The notes under the pieces were generated by a model. The model was not told where the DNA came from. It did no database searches and saw nothing but the letters and a program-made list of their open reading frames with translations. Source: an uncultured Acidobacteriota bacterium (GTDB lineage: Bacteria > Acidobacteriota > Thermoanaerobaculia > Gp7-AA8). Taken from it: a stretch of DNA of 64,000 bases. How positions within the stretch are numbered: the stretch's first letter is position 1; the number at the start of each line of letters is the position of its first letter. Position numbers and translations under genes: made by a program. Below are positions 9,879-19,696 of the stretch, one piece after another. The DNA lies in contig CAVUKB010000006.1 of NCBI GenBank assembly GCA_963741955.1, positions 416,001 through 480,000 on the forward strand, in the 5' to 3' direction.

Positions 9879-11762
9879 ATGACGGAACGGATGAAATTGC
9901 CGGTCACATCGTTTCCGAAGGGAACGCTTCCGGAAGGACTGCGGTCCCTGCAGTCGGATCTCGCGGCCGACGAGATCGTGACGGCAGAAGTGCGGCTTCC
10001 CGGCGCGCACGAAGAGCTCATCCGCGCCCTCACCAGCGACGACCAGCTCCTGCTGGCAAACCTCGCGACCGAACATGCTCCCGAGGGGATCGTCGTCCTC
10101 AAGGCTCACGGCGACTCTGCGGATCCCCGGATCATCTTCGTCAACGATGCGTTCTGCCGGATCACCGGGATGGAGCGAGAGGAAGTGATCGGCCAGGGAC
10201 TGCAGATCGCTCGCAATGCCGAGACCGACCGGGCCGTCCGGGACGCGCTGAATCATCCCGCCTGCCGCCGCAAGCCGTTCGAAGGCGAGGCACCCGCGAT
10301 CCGGAAAGACGGAACGCCGTACTCGCTGGAACTACTCCTGGTACCGATCCACGACGGCTTCGGGGGTGTGAGCTTCTGGGTTGCCTACATCAAAGACGTC
10401 ACCGACCGGAATCGGCAGCTTGCGGCACTCGAGCAGCAGGCGCTCCACGACGTACTGACGAACCTCCCGAACCGGATCCTCCTGGTCGATCGGGTGGAGC
10501 AGGCGATTCTGGTGGCGCGCCGAACCGGTGCGCCGGTCGCGCTGATGATCATGGATCTCGACGGGTTCAAGGAGATCAACGACACGCTCGGTCATCACGC
10601 CGGTGATCTCCTTCTTCAGGAAGTCGCCACGCGCCTTCGCAACGAGATGTCGGAAGCGGACACCGTGGCGCGGCTCGGCGGTGACGAGTTCGCCTTCGTT
10701 CTCCCGACTGCCGGCGATGCCAGTGGAGCTCTCCGGACCGGGCGGCGCGTAATCCGGGCACTCGAGGATCCGTTCGAGCTCGAAGGCGACGAATGCGAGA
10801 TCGGTGGAAGCATCGGCGTCGCGATCTATCCCGATCATGGTCGTGATGCGGCGACGCTGATGCGGCGGGCCGATGCAGCCATGTATCACGCGAAGCGGAC
10901 GGGCCGCGGCTGTTCGCTCTACTCATCCGAATTCGATCAACGCACCTCTTCCTCTCTGGCACTCGGAGTCGAGCTGAGGCGGGCGATCGAGGAAGAACAG
11001 CTCTGCATCTTCTACCAGCCGAAGATTCACCTCCGCACCGGTGTGGTCACCCGTGTCGAAGCGCTGGTCCGCTGGAACCATCCCGAACGCGGACTGATGC
11101 TCCCGGACGAGTTCATCCCTCTCGCCGAGAGGACCGGCCTGATCAAACCGCTCACCGAATGGGTTCTGAGCTCCTCTCTCGCTCAATGTGCGGAGTGGCA
11201 GCGACAAGGTCTTCCGATTCACATCGCAGTGAACCTCTCGACCCGCACGCTCCAGGAGCACACCCTTCCCCACACCGTGGCTCTTCTTCTCGATCGCCAC
11301 GGAGTGGAGCCGCATTCGCTCAAGCTCGAGATCACCGAGAGCAGCATCATGGCCGACCCTCCCCACGCCCTGGCGATCCTTTCACTTCTCCATTCCATGG
11401 GCGTGAAACTCTCGCTCGACGACTTCGGGACCGGCTACTCTTCCCTGGCCCATCTGCGGGAGATGCCGGTCGACGAGATCAAGATCGACAAGTCGTTCAT
11501 CATGGGGATGGCCACCAGCACGAGTGACACCGCGATCGTCCGAGCCACCATCGACCTCGCCCACAGTCTCGGCCGGCAGGTCGTCGCGGAAGGCGTGGAT
11601 CTGGAGGCGACCTGCCGCTCTCTCTCGATTCTCGGGTGCGACCTCGCTCAAGGTTTCTATCTCAGCCGTCCTCTCCCCGCGCACGGATTCGAGCGCTGGC
11701 TCACGAATACGAACTGGGGACTGACCACCCTCCAGAAGGTCCTCGGACTCGGCGCCGGCTGA
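9879..11762 (+). CDS. PAS-GGDEF-EAL c-di-GMP enzyme
   Basis: PAS (IIFVNDAFCRITG), HDVLTNLPNR, RLGGDEF, EALVRW, LDDFGTGYSSL, QGFY; start uncertain (9762-9891). Confidence 0.93.
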   Translation: MTERMKLPVTSFPKGTLPEGLRSLQSDLAADEIVTAEVRLPGAHEELIRALTSDDQLLLANLATEHAPEGIVVLKAHGDSADPRIIFVNDAFCRITGMEREEVIGQGLQIARNAETDRAVRDALNHPACRRKPFEGEAPAIRKDGTPYSLELLLVPIHDGFGGVSFWVAYIKDVTDRNRQLAALEQQALHDVLTNLPNRILLVDRVEQAILVARRTGAPVALMIMDLDGFKEINDTLGHHAGDLLLQEVATRLRNEMSEADTVARLGGDEFAFVLPTAGDASGALRTGRRVIRALEDPFELEGDECEIGGSIGVAIYPDHGRDAATLMRRADAAMYHAKRTGRGCSLYSSEFDQRTSSSLALGVELRRAIEEEQLCIFYQPKIHLRTGVVTRVEALVRWNHPERGLMLPDEFIPLAERTGLIKPLTEWVLSSSLAQCAEWQRQGLPIHIAVNLSTRTLQEHTLPHTVALLLDRHGVEPHSLKLEITESSIMADPPHALAILSLLHSMGVKLSLDDFGTGYSSLAHLREMPVDEIKIDKSFIMGMATSTSDTAIVRATIDLAHSLGRQVVAEGVDLEATCRSLSILGCDLAQGFYLSRPLPAHGFERWLTNTNWGLTTLQKVLGLGAG

Positions 11763-11916
11763 TCCCTCGCGTCCTCCCCCGCAGAGGATGCCCCGGTCAG
11801 ATTCTTTTTGGCGCGACGATTCTCCCTTCGGTCAGATTTAGTTTGGCGCGATACGCCCTCCCTCGCTGCAACCCGACTGGTGTACCCTAGTGGGTGCCTG
11901 CGTGGCGGGAGGGTGT

Positions 11917-12828
11917 GTGCGGAACGAGATCGGCGATTTTCTCGACTATCTCACTTACGAGCGGAACGTCTCGGCCAACACGGTCGAAGCCTACCGCGAC
12001 GACCTCGACTCCCTTTTCCGTTTCCTTCTCGAGGATTACTGGAACACCACCCGCGACGCGCTCGATCTCACGAAGATCGACCATCTCGCCATCCGAGCCT
12101 GGCTCGCTCACCTCGCAAAACGAAAGCTGGCCCGCAGCTCCATCGCCCGGCATCTTTCCGCGACCCGGATGTTCTTCCGCTTCCTGGTGCGGGAAGGAAT
12201 CGCCACCGCGAACCCGGCCCGCGCCGTTGCCACGCCGAAGCGCGAGAAACACCTCCCCGCCGTGCTTCAGGTTTCGGAGATCACCATTCTCCTCGAGCAG
12301 CCCGACACGTCGCGCGCTCTCGGACGCCGCGACCGCGCCTGGCTGGAGCTTCTCTACGCCTCCGGCTTGCGGGTCAGTGAGCTGGTGGGCATCGACCTGG
12401 ACGACCTCGAGCTCCGCTCACGCCTGGTCAAGGTTCGGGGTAAGGGAGCGAAGGAGCGGATCGTCCCGTTCGGATCGAAGGCCGGCGCCGCTCTGAAGGA
12501 GTGGCTGGCGGTTCGCCCGGAGATCGTCACCGGAAAAGAGGAATCGGAGGAGATCCCTCTCTTCGTGAATCACCGCGGTGGACGGATCACCACACGAAGC
12601 ATCCGCCGCCTCCTCGACCGTTACGTCCGCCGCGCCGCGCTCCGCAGTGGCATCTCTCCTCATACGCTCCGCCACTCGTTCGCGACGCATCTTCTCACCG
12701 CTGGAGCCGATCTCCGCTCGATCCAGGAACTACTCGGACACGTCTCCCTCTCCACCACCCAGAAGTACACACATCTCAATGACTGGCAGCTGATCGAAGT
12801 CTATCGAAAGGCTCACCCGCGGGCCTGA
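11917..12828 (+). CDS. xerC: Tyrosine recombinase XerC
   Basis: SANTVEAYRDDL, LELLYASGLRVSEL, GKGAKER, HTLRHSFATHLL, QELLGH, TTQKYTH; ~300 aa. Confidence 0.85.
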   Translation: MRNEIGDFLDYLTYERNVSANTVEAYRDDLDSLFRFLLEDYWNTTRDALDLTKIDHLAIRAWLAHLAKRKLARSSIARHLSATRMFFRFLVREGIATANPARAVATPKREKHLPAVLQVSEITILLEQPDTSRALGRRDRAWLELLYASGLRVSELVGIDLDDLELRSRLVKVRGKGAKERIVPFGSKAGAALKEWLAVRPEIVTGKEESEEIPLFVNHRGGRITTRSIRRLLDRYVRRAALRSGISPHTLRHSFATHLLTAGADLRSIQELLGHVSLSTTQKYTHLNDWQLIEVYRKAHPRA

Positions 12829-12903
12829 AACGGGCATTTCGAGAGTCGCTCCATGGTTCTCGACGAAGCCGCCGGCGCTCTGATCTCCGCGGCCTGATTC
12901 GAC

Positions 12904-14760
12904 ATGATCCACTCCATCGTCCACCAGGGATTCGTGAGCGAAAGCGTCGAGTACTTCGCCACCGTCACCGGCCCCGATCTCGACCGGAAATTCTTTTTCG
13001 AGCAGATCGACGACAGCCGCGGCCGGATGGTCCGCTATTTCGGTGGCGGCTCGGAGATCACCCTCGACACGGAAGGGGTGAGCTTCCGCGGCAACGGGGG
13101 AACCGTCGGTGAGTACATGTTCGGTGGCCATTTCCCGGTTCAGGATCTCCTGAACGACGAAGTGGTGAACCGGCTGGTGCTCTTCGGCGGCATCTACGAC
13201 CCGCAAACGCGCGAGCTTCGTTTCACTCCTCACACGCTCGGATACGAAAGCTACGACGATCTCTTCTTCCTCGGCAACGCGGTCGCGAACTACTTTTTCT
13301 TCGTCGACGATCGGAATCTGACCCGTTCGGTGACCGAGCGCCAGGAGAGGACACTTCGGCTGGTAGGGAAGCTCCTCAAGCGGACCCGCCGGGTCGGCGG
13401 AGGAAACTTCCTCGATCTTTCGAGCGAGATCCTGGACGTGCTCAACGAGCCGAGCTCCACGGTCTTCCTCGTCCGGTTGATCCACAAACACCACCAGCGG
13501 TTCTACGAAGCGTGCCGGCGCGCGTATGCCGAGCATCAGTCGTTCAGCGATTTCACGCGTGCGGTGGAGGAGCTGGTGCCCGACGTTCCGATCGAGCCGT
13601 ACCAGCGCGAACGGATCCAGATCGACGTCATCTATCACCACCCGAACAACCAGAATCTGATCGACGAGTACAAGCGGGTGCTCGCCTCGTGCGCGGGATC
13701 GAAGATCGGGCCTTCGGAGCGCGCGCGCCTGATGCGGCTTCGCACCCTCTCGCTCCGCAATGACGTCCCCCTCTCCATCTTCGACACGCTCGAGGACATC
13801 CTCCTGCAGGAAGTCGAGCGGACTCCGGACGTGCAGCAACGGGAACCGGAGCACATCCGCTCCACCCGCGAGATTCTGGAGGGTTTCTTTCTCGGAAAGA
13901 ACATCGCCAAGAAGCTCTCCGCCAGCGATCTCGTGCAGCTGATGGAGAGCAAGCAGAAGGCGGCTGCGAACCGGGATCAGGATTTCGAAGAGATCCTCCT
14001 GGAGACGGGGCGGCAGATCGACGAACGCGCGCGCGAAGACGAAGACTACGAACGGATGGAATCGTTCGGTGAGCTGATCACGCTTTTCGACCGCTTCGAC
14101 CACACCACGACGCTGATCAACAAGCTCGCCTTCATGGACGACGTCGAGCTCACCGACGAGCAGGTCCGCTCGATCCTCGGCAACATGCACGTGTTCGAAG
14201 ACCTGCGCCGCGGACTGTTCCAGTCACTCTTCATCGATCCGGTGGTGAGCAACGAGTACACCCTCTCGTACGGCAGACGCAAGCTCTTCGCCCTGATCCT
14301 CGGGTTGATCGAGATCGAGAACAACGAAGCGACGCTCTCGGACATTGCGAACGAGGTGCGGAAGATCAACCGGCAGGAGAGAGCGTACTTCTCGCTGTAC
14401 CAGCTCTCGCGCCGGCGCATGGCGACGTTCTACCTCGAGCTGAACACCTCGGAAGGACGGGATACGTTTCGGAAAGAGATCCACGACGAGATCGACCGAG
14501 ACCCCGAACTGCGCGAGCTCTCCGATATGATCGACGACGAGCTCCTCGACGACGTGATCACCAAGATCCGTCTCGAAGCCTTCTACATCAACCAGCTCTT
14601 GCCGAGGATCATCGTCGAGCACGATCCGCGGCTGCGCAGCGACTTCCTCATGAACTCCGGCCTCGATCGGTTCCAGGTCGAGGAGCTCGAGAGCGAGTAC
14701 TTCGAGATGCGCGACTTCCCGCCACAGCTGCTGATCTCGATCCGCCAGAGAACGGCCTGA
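12904..14760 (+). CDS. Conserved hypothetical protein resembling the TIGR04442 family
   Basis: N-terminus (HQGFVSESVEYFATV...GGTVGEYMFG...DLLNDEVVNRL) and end (FLMNSGLDRFQVEELESEY) recall TIGR04442 from memory; ~620 aa, helical. Confidence 0.65.
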   Translation: MIHSIVHQGFVSESVEYFATVTGPDLDRKFFFEQIDDSRGRMVRYFGGGSEITLDTEGVSFRGNGGTVGEYMFGGHFPVQDLLNDEVVNRLVLFGGIYDPQTRELRFTPHTLGYESYDDLFFLGNAVANYFFFVDDRNLTRSVTERQERTLRLVGKLLKRTRRVGGGNFLDLSSEILDVLNEPSSTVFLVRLIHKHHQRFYEACRRAYAEHQSFSDFTRAVEELVPDVPIEPYQRERIQIDVIYHHPNNQNLIDEYKRVLASCAGSKIGPSERARLMRLRTLSLRNDVPLSIFDTLEDILLQEVERTPDVQQREPEHIRSTREILEGFFLGKNIAKKLSASDLVQLMESKQKAAANRDQDFEEILLETGRQIDERAREDEDYERMESFGELITLFDRFDHTTTLINKLAFMDDVELTDEQVRSILGNMHVFEDLRRGLFQSLFIDPVVSNEYTLSYGRRKLFALILGLIEIENNEATLSDIANEVRKINRQERAYFSLYQLSRRRMATFYLELNTSEGRDTFRKEIHDEIDRDPELRELSDMIDDELLDDVITKIRLEAFYINQLLPRIIVEHDPRLRSDFLMNSGLDRFQVEELESEYFEMRDFPPQLLISIRQRTA

Positions 14761-14941
14761 AAATGCCCTCAGTACCAGCCGACGGCAATGAAGCACATTG
14801 GTCCTGAATTACGCCCGGGAGAGACACGGCTTTCGCCGTGCCGCCGCGGCAGAAGCCGCCGCGCGCCAGGGAGAAACGACAAGAGCGGGTTGCAGACTCG
14901 ACTCGGCGAATCCGGCCTCGTCCGGTGTGGACCCCCAGGGG

Positions 14942-16876
14942 TCAGATCTCCACTTCCATTCCCAGCTCGATCACCCGGTTCGCCGGAAGCCGGAAGTAGT
15001 CGTTCGGCCGCGCTGCGTTGCGTGACATCATCAGGAAGAGTCCCTTCCAGAAACGCGAGATACCGCTTCGTCCCGGAATCACGATACTGCTGCGATTGAG
15101 CACGTACGTGAGATCCGGAACATCGAGGGACAGGCCGTGGCGGCTCGCCAGCGTCAGATCGCGCGGCACGTCCGGGTCCTCCATGAACCCATAGTGCATG
15201 AACACCCGATAGAACTCTTTTCCGAGAGGCTCGACGTCGAGCCGCTCCCTCGTCGCGATGTGAGGCACGTCCTCCGACTTGATGGTGAGCACTACGTTCC
15301 GGGCATGAAGGCAGCGGTTGTGCTTCAGATTGTGGAGAAGCGCCACCGGAACCGACTCCGGATCCGCGGTGAAGAAGATCGCCGTCCCCGGGACGCGCGT
15401 CACACTCCCGCGCTCCAGACTCTGGATGAAGTCCTTCAAGGGCAGCATCCGTTTGCCGAGTCTTTCCGCGACCACCTTCCGTCCCTTCTCCCAGGTCGCC
15501 ATGAGCGCGAACATCGCCGCGCCGATCAGGATCGGGAACCATCCTCCCTGTGCGACCTTCACCGCATTGGCGACGAAGAACGAGAGATCCACCACCAGGA
15601 AGACGGCGGTGACGAAGATCGACAGAGCCAGCGGCCAATGCCAGACCCTGCGGGTCACCACGAACGCGAGGAGGGTGGTGATGACCATCGTGGTGGTGAC
15701 GGCAATCCCGTATGCCGCGGCGAGATTCGTCGAACTGCGGAACATGATCACCAGGACGATCGTGGCTCCCATCAGAATCCAGTTCGCCGCCGGAAGGTAG
15801 ATCTGCCCGATCTCGCTCGCCGAGGTGTGCACGATCTCCAGCCGCGGCAGGAATCCGAGTTGAATGGCCTGCCGTGTCAGAGAGAAGACTCCGGAGATCA
15901 CCGCCTGGGAGGCGATGACCGTCGCTGCGGTCGCGAGCACCACCAGAGGGTAGAGCGCCCATTCAGGGGCCAGACGGTAGAACGGATTGTGCGCCGCAGC
16001 CGGATGCGCGATCAGAAGCGCACCCTGACCGAAATAGTTGAGCAGGAGCGACGGAAGCACGATGCCGAACCAGTCGATCTGGATCGGCGTCTCCCCGAAG
16101 TGACCGAGGTCAGCGTAAAGAGCCTCGCCTCCGGTCGCAACGAGAAATACTGCGCCGAGAACGAGGAATCCGGCGAACCCGTTTCGTCCGAAGAAGTGAA
16201 TGGCATGCGCCGGGTTGATCGCGGCGAGAACGTGCGGATTTCCGATGATTCCTTTCACGCCGAGAATCGAGAGCACGAGGAACCAGACGATCATCACCGG
16301 CCCGAAAACTTTTCCGACCCCCGCAGTGCCGCGCTTCTGGAAGAAGAAGAGGCCGATCAGGATTCCGATCGTCAGCGGGACCACCAGCGGGTTGAAGACC
16401 TTCGTCGCGACCTCGAGTCCTTCCAGCGCTCCGAGCACGGAGATCGCCGGTGTGATCATCCCGTCGCCGTAGAGCAGCGCAGCGCCGAACAGGCCGAGTC
16501 CGACCAGAAGCCACGTCTTGCCGCGTGCGCTCAGGTGAGATCGTGCGAGCGCCATCAGGGCGAGAATCCCACCCTCCCCTTCGTTGTCGGCGTGCAGCAC
16601 GTAGACGTGGTACTTGATCGTGACGATGATGATCAGGGACCAGAGAATCAGCGAGAGAACGCCGAGAACGTTGGGGGTCGTCACCGGAACCCCGTGAGGT
16701 CCGAAGAAGCATTCGCGGATCGCATAGAGCGGACTGGTTCCGATGTCGCCGTAGACGACCCCGACGGCGACGAGACTCAGAGCTCCGAGAGAGGTCTTCC
16801 GAATCACCGGGATGGGCGATTCGGTTTGACCTCCGGAATCGGGAGGCGGCTCGGGCTGTAGACCGACTGATCTCAT
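14942..16876 (-). CDS. kup: KUP/HAK/KT potassium transporter
   Basis: GVVYGDIGTSPLY, DNEGEGG, YGDGMITPAISV, GGEALYADLGHFG, YGFME. Confidence 0.95.
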   Translation of the reverse strand: MRSVGLQPEPPPDSGGQTESPIPVIRKTSLGALSLVAVGVVYGDIGTSPLYAIRECFFGPHGVPVTTPNVLGVLSLILWSLIIIVTIKYHVYVLHADNEGEGGILALMALARSHLSARGKTWLLVGLGLFGAALLYGDGMITPAISVLGALEGLEVATKVFNPLVVPLTIGILIGLFFFQKRGTAGVGKVFGPVMIVWFLVLSILGVKGIIGNPHVLAAINPAHAIHFFGRNGFAGFLVLGAVFLVATGGEALYADLGHFGETPIQIDWFGIVLPSLLLNYFGQGALLIAHPAAAHNPFYRLAPEWALYPLVVLATAATVIASQAVISGVFSLTRQAIQLGFLPRLEIVHTSASEIGQIYLPAANWILMGATIVLVIMFRSSTNLAAAYGIAVTTTMVITTLLAFVVTRRVWHWPLALSIFVTAVFLVVDLSFFVANAVKVAQGGWFPILIGAAMFALMATWEKGRKVVAERLGKRMLPLKDFIQSLERGSVTRVPGTAIFFTADPESVPVALLHNLKHNRCLHARNVVLTIKSEDVPHIATRERLDVEPLGKEFYRVFMHYGFMEDPDVPRDLTLASRHGLSLDVPDLTYVLNRSSIVIPGRSGISRFWKGLFLMMSRNAARPNDYFRLPANRVIELGMEVEI

Positions 16877-17005
16877 ACTTGAAATGTAACGAGGCGGACG
16901 AGGCGAGAGTGACCGGCTTCATGGTTTCTTTAGGAATCCTTTCGAAGTCGCTCGGTTCGCGCTAATCTCGTCTTCAGAAGACGAGCTTCGGCAGAGGAGT
17001 GCCGA

Positions 17006-17167
17006 GGAGTCTGCGAGGTGGAAACGTCCGTAGCGAGAAAGCGGAGCAGCGAGGCCAAATTCGTTCGGATTTGAGGTGCGTAGCGGTGGCTACTCGCCGA
17101 AAATCCGGACGGATTTTGGACCGCTGATCCGTTTTCGCAGTAGGACAGTTTCTACCGCGCAGACTCC
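17006..17167. mobile_element. MITE-like element with terminal inverted repeats GGAGTCTGCG(A/C)GGT..
   Basis: Begins GGAGTCTGCGAGGTGGAAAC, ends GTTTCTACCGCGCAGACTCC; interior shared with the inverted copy at 34944-35060. Confidence 0.7.
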
Positions 17168-17221
17168 GAGCTCCCGGCGAGATCAGTGGTGAAGATCCGA
17201 TCCAACGGAAAGGCCGGCGGA

Positions 17222-18673
17222 ATGGCGGTCAAGCTGCTCGCGTCGCTGGCGGCGGTCGCCGGAGTGACGTTCGCCGGGACTGCATTCAAGCTGAACCCGA
17301 CTGCACTCGGGTTGATTTATCTGGTGACCGTGCTCGCCCTCTCGGCGTGGAGCGGTCTTCTTTCCGGAATCGCGGCGGCTCTGATCGCGGCGGCATGCTT
17401 CAACTACTTCTTTCTCCCCCCGGTCGGGACGTGGACGATCGAGGAGCCTTCCAACTGGGTCGCTCTCGCTTCGTTCCTTCTCGCATCCTTCATCGCGAGC
17501 CAGCTCGCGGATCGGCTGCGGCGTCAACTCGAGACGGCGGAACGCCGCCGCACCGAGCTCGAACAGCTCTACCGGCTCAGCATCGATCTGTTCCGGTCGT
17601 TCCCCGCATCGGGGAGCCTCGATCCGGCACTCGCCTCGGTACTGGAGAGTACCGGAGGGTCGGGTGGCGCCATCTTCCTCTTCGAAGGGAGCACCTACCG
17701 CCAGTCGGTGGCTGCCCGCTCCGGACCGCTCGACGACGACGTGGAAGACGTCGTCGCCGGTGTGGGACGCCACCGCCGTCCCTTCGAGTATCCTTCGAAC
17801 CCGAACGGGCGAAGGGATGTCTTCCTCCCGTTGCTGATCGGCAGTCGCGCCGTCGGCGTGCTGCTGGTCCGCAATTCAGCAGCCGCGAAAGGCGCTCTCG
17901 ACTCTGCTGCGTCGCTGCTCGCCGTCGCAGTCGAGCGGGTCCGCTTCGTCGCCGAGAATGCGCACGTGGAGGCACTCCGCCAGAGCGACGAGCTCAAGAC
18001 GGCCCTCCTGCGAGCCGTCTCTCACGATCTCGCGACTCCACTCACGTCGCTCTCGGTCCGTTTCGGAACGCTCCGTCGCGAGCTGGCGGGGCAGCTTCAG
18101 CCACTCGAAACTCTCACCAGCATCGAGCTCGAAGTCGGAACTCTGCGGCGGCGGATCGAAAATCTCCTCACCATGGCCCGGCTCGAAGCAGGCACCTGGG
18201 CGCCTCGCGCCGAACCGACCCCGGCCGCCGATCTCTTCCGAAGCGTGCGCGAGCACCTCACGTTCGTGGAGAGTGCCCGGCCTCTCGTCGTTCACGTCGA
18301 TCCCTCCTGTCCCGACATCGACGTCGATCCGTCGCTCGCGGTCGAAATTCTGGTGAACCTCGTCGAGAACGCACACCGTTTCTCCCCTGCTGGAACAGCG
18401 GTCGAGCTCGACGCTGGACCCGGCGGACCGGATGCAAAGTTCGTCGAACTGCGGGTCCTCGATCGGGGACCCGGGGTCCACACTGCGCCAGGCTCGACTC
18501 GGAGAGGATCCGACGCGGATGCGGGGCACGGCCTGGGACTCGAGATCGCGACGGCGCTCGTTCTGGCGAGCGGCGGGTCGCTCTCTCTCGAGGACCGCGA
18601 AGGGGGAGGAACCGTGGCGTGTGTCTCGCTCCCCGCCGCATCGTTCGAGCTCGTGGAAAGAGAGGACGAGTGA
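17222..18673 (+). CDS. KdpD-like sensor histidine kinase (DUF4118 TM bundle + GAF-like + HisKA + HATPase), lacking the N-terminal KdpD/USP domains
   Basis: ACFNYFFLPPVGTW (DUF4118), LRAVSHDLATPL, NLVENA, DRGPG, GLGL. Confidence 0.85.
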   Translation: MAVKLLASLAAVAGVTFAGTAFKLNPTALGLIYLVTVLALSAWSGLLSGIAAALIAAACFNYFFLPPVGTWTIEEPSNWVALASFLLASFIASQLADRLRRQLETAERRRTELEQLYRLSIDLFRSFPASGSLDPALASVLESTGGSGGAIFLFEGSTYRQSVAARSGPLDDDVEDVVAGVGRHRRPFEYPSNPNGRRDVFLPLLIGSRAVGVLLVRNSAAAKGALDSAASLLAVAVERVRFVAENAHVEALRQSDELKTALLRAVSHDLATPLTSLSVRFGTLRRELAGQLQPLETLTSIELEVGTLRRRIENLLTMARLEAGTWAPRAEPTPAADLFRSVREHLTFVESARPLVVHVDPSCPDIDVDPSLAVEILVNLVENAHRFSPAGTAVELDAGPGGPDAKFVELRVLDRGPGVHTAPGSTRRGSDADAGHGLGLEIATALVLASGGSLSLEDREGGGTVACVSLPAASFELVEREDE

Positions 18674-19368
18674 GCCCCAGATCACAATTGATCCTGATCG
18701 TCGACGATGATCCCGCCATTCGCTCCTCCCTCTCGGTCGAGTTGAGCGCCTCGGGATACGAGACTCTGACCGCGAACGACGGCCGGGCAGGAATCCGCCT
18801 CGCGCAGGAATCGAACCCCGACCTGATCCTGACCGACATCGCGATGCCCAACGCCGATGGGTTCCGTCTGATCGAGTCGCTCCGCAGGAGTGGAACCCGG
18901 ACGCCGATCATCGTTCTCTCGGTCCGGGGCGGAGAGTCGGATAAGATCCGCGCCCTCGACCTCGGTGCGGACGACTTCGTCGTGAAGCCCTTCTCCGTCG
19001 CCGAGCTTCAGGCTCGAGTTCGAGCGCAGCTCAGGCGCATCTCCGAGGCGAATCCTCGACTGTTGAGTTTTCCGGATCTCACCATCGATCTCGACCGGCG
19101 GCGCGTCACGCAGGGAAAAAGAGAGATCCGGCTCACACCGACCGAGCTCGCGCTGCTCGAGCTCCTCGCCACGAACGCGGGGAAGCCGGTTCTTCTCGAG
19201 ACCATCGTCGCCTCCGTCTGGAAGGGCGCTCCCGGAACCACGGCAGATACGGTTCGCGTCCACGTTGCCTCTCTGCGGAAGAAAATCGAGCCCGATCCTT
19301 CAGAGCCGCATTACATCATCACCGAACCGTGGGTGGGATACAGGTTCATCGAAGAGCCGCTCGATTAG
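18670..19368 (+). CDS. kdpE: KdpE-like OmpR-family response regulator
   Basis: GTGA overlap with the kinase; ILIVDDD, ALDLGADDFVVKPF, LRKKIEPDPSEPHYIITEPWVGYRF. Confidence 0.85.
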   Translation: MSPRSQLILIVDDDPAIRSSLSVELSASGYETLTANDGRAGIRLAQESNPDLILTDIAMPNADGFRLIESLRRSGTRTPIIVLSVRGGESDKIRALDLGADDFVVKPFSVAELQARVRAQLRRISEANPRLLSFPDLTIDLDRRRVTQGKREIRLTPTELALLELLATNAGKPVLLETIVASVWKGAPGTTADTVRVHVASLRKKIEPDPSEPHYIITEPWVGYRFIEEPLD

Positions 19369-19381
19369 TCGAGCGCCAGGG

Positions 19382-19556
19382 CCGCATTTCTCACACCGTC
19401 TCGTCGCGAGGAGGCGGAGAGTAGCCTGGATGCAAGGCGCGCGCAGCTTCGGCGACGAAGGCATAGTGGTGACTATGTTGAGGAGCCGAAGCTGTGCGCA
19501 ACGTAGCAGACAGGCCGCTATCCGTCTCCGCAGCAGAGACGATGTGAGAAATGCGG
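19382..19556. repeat. 175-bp imperfect palindrome (MITE-like)
   Basis: Ends CCGCATTTCTCACACCGTCTC / GAGACGATGTGAGAAATGCGG; inner arms GCGCAGCTTCGGC / GCCGAAGCTGTGC and CATAGT / ACTATG. Confidence 0.7.
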
Positions 19557-19696
19557 GCCGGGCCTTCCCGCCGTACCTGGTTCCGGACGAGCACGGATGA
19601 TTCGCGGGATCTCGTCGCGAGGAGTGCGAGGCGGGGTCCGTCCGACCGGTTCTCTCCGGCACATTCTGTGCGAGCATGGACGGGAGGGGGCGCGAG

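Noticed and set aside
11917-12828. Integrase of a prophage or genomic island
   Set aside because: Length and motifs fit chromosomal XerC; no phage or conjugation genes or att repeats nearby.
17347-18669. Long N-terminal extensions on KdpE (673 aa), Ku (792 aa) and the aminotransferase (624 aa)
   Set aside because: The extensions overlap other genes or intergenic DNA and are low-complexity Arg/Pro-rich; downstream starts have RBS or coupling evidence.
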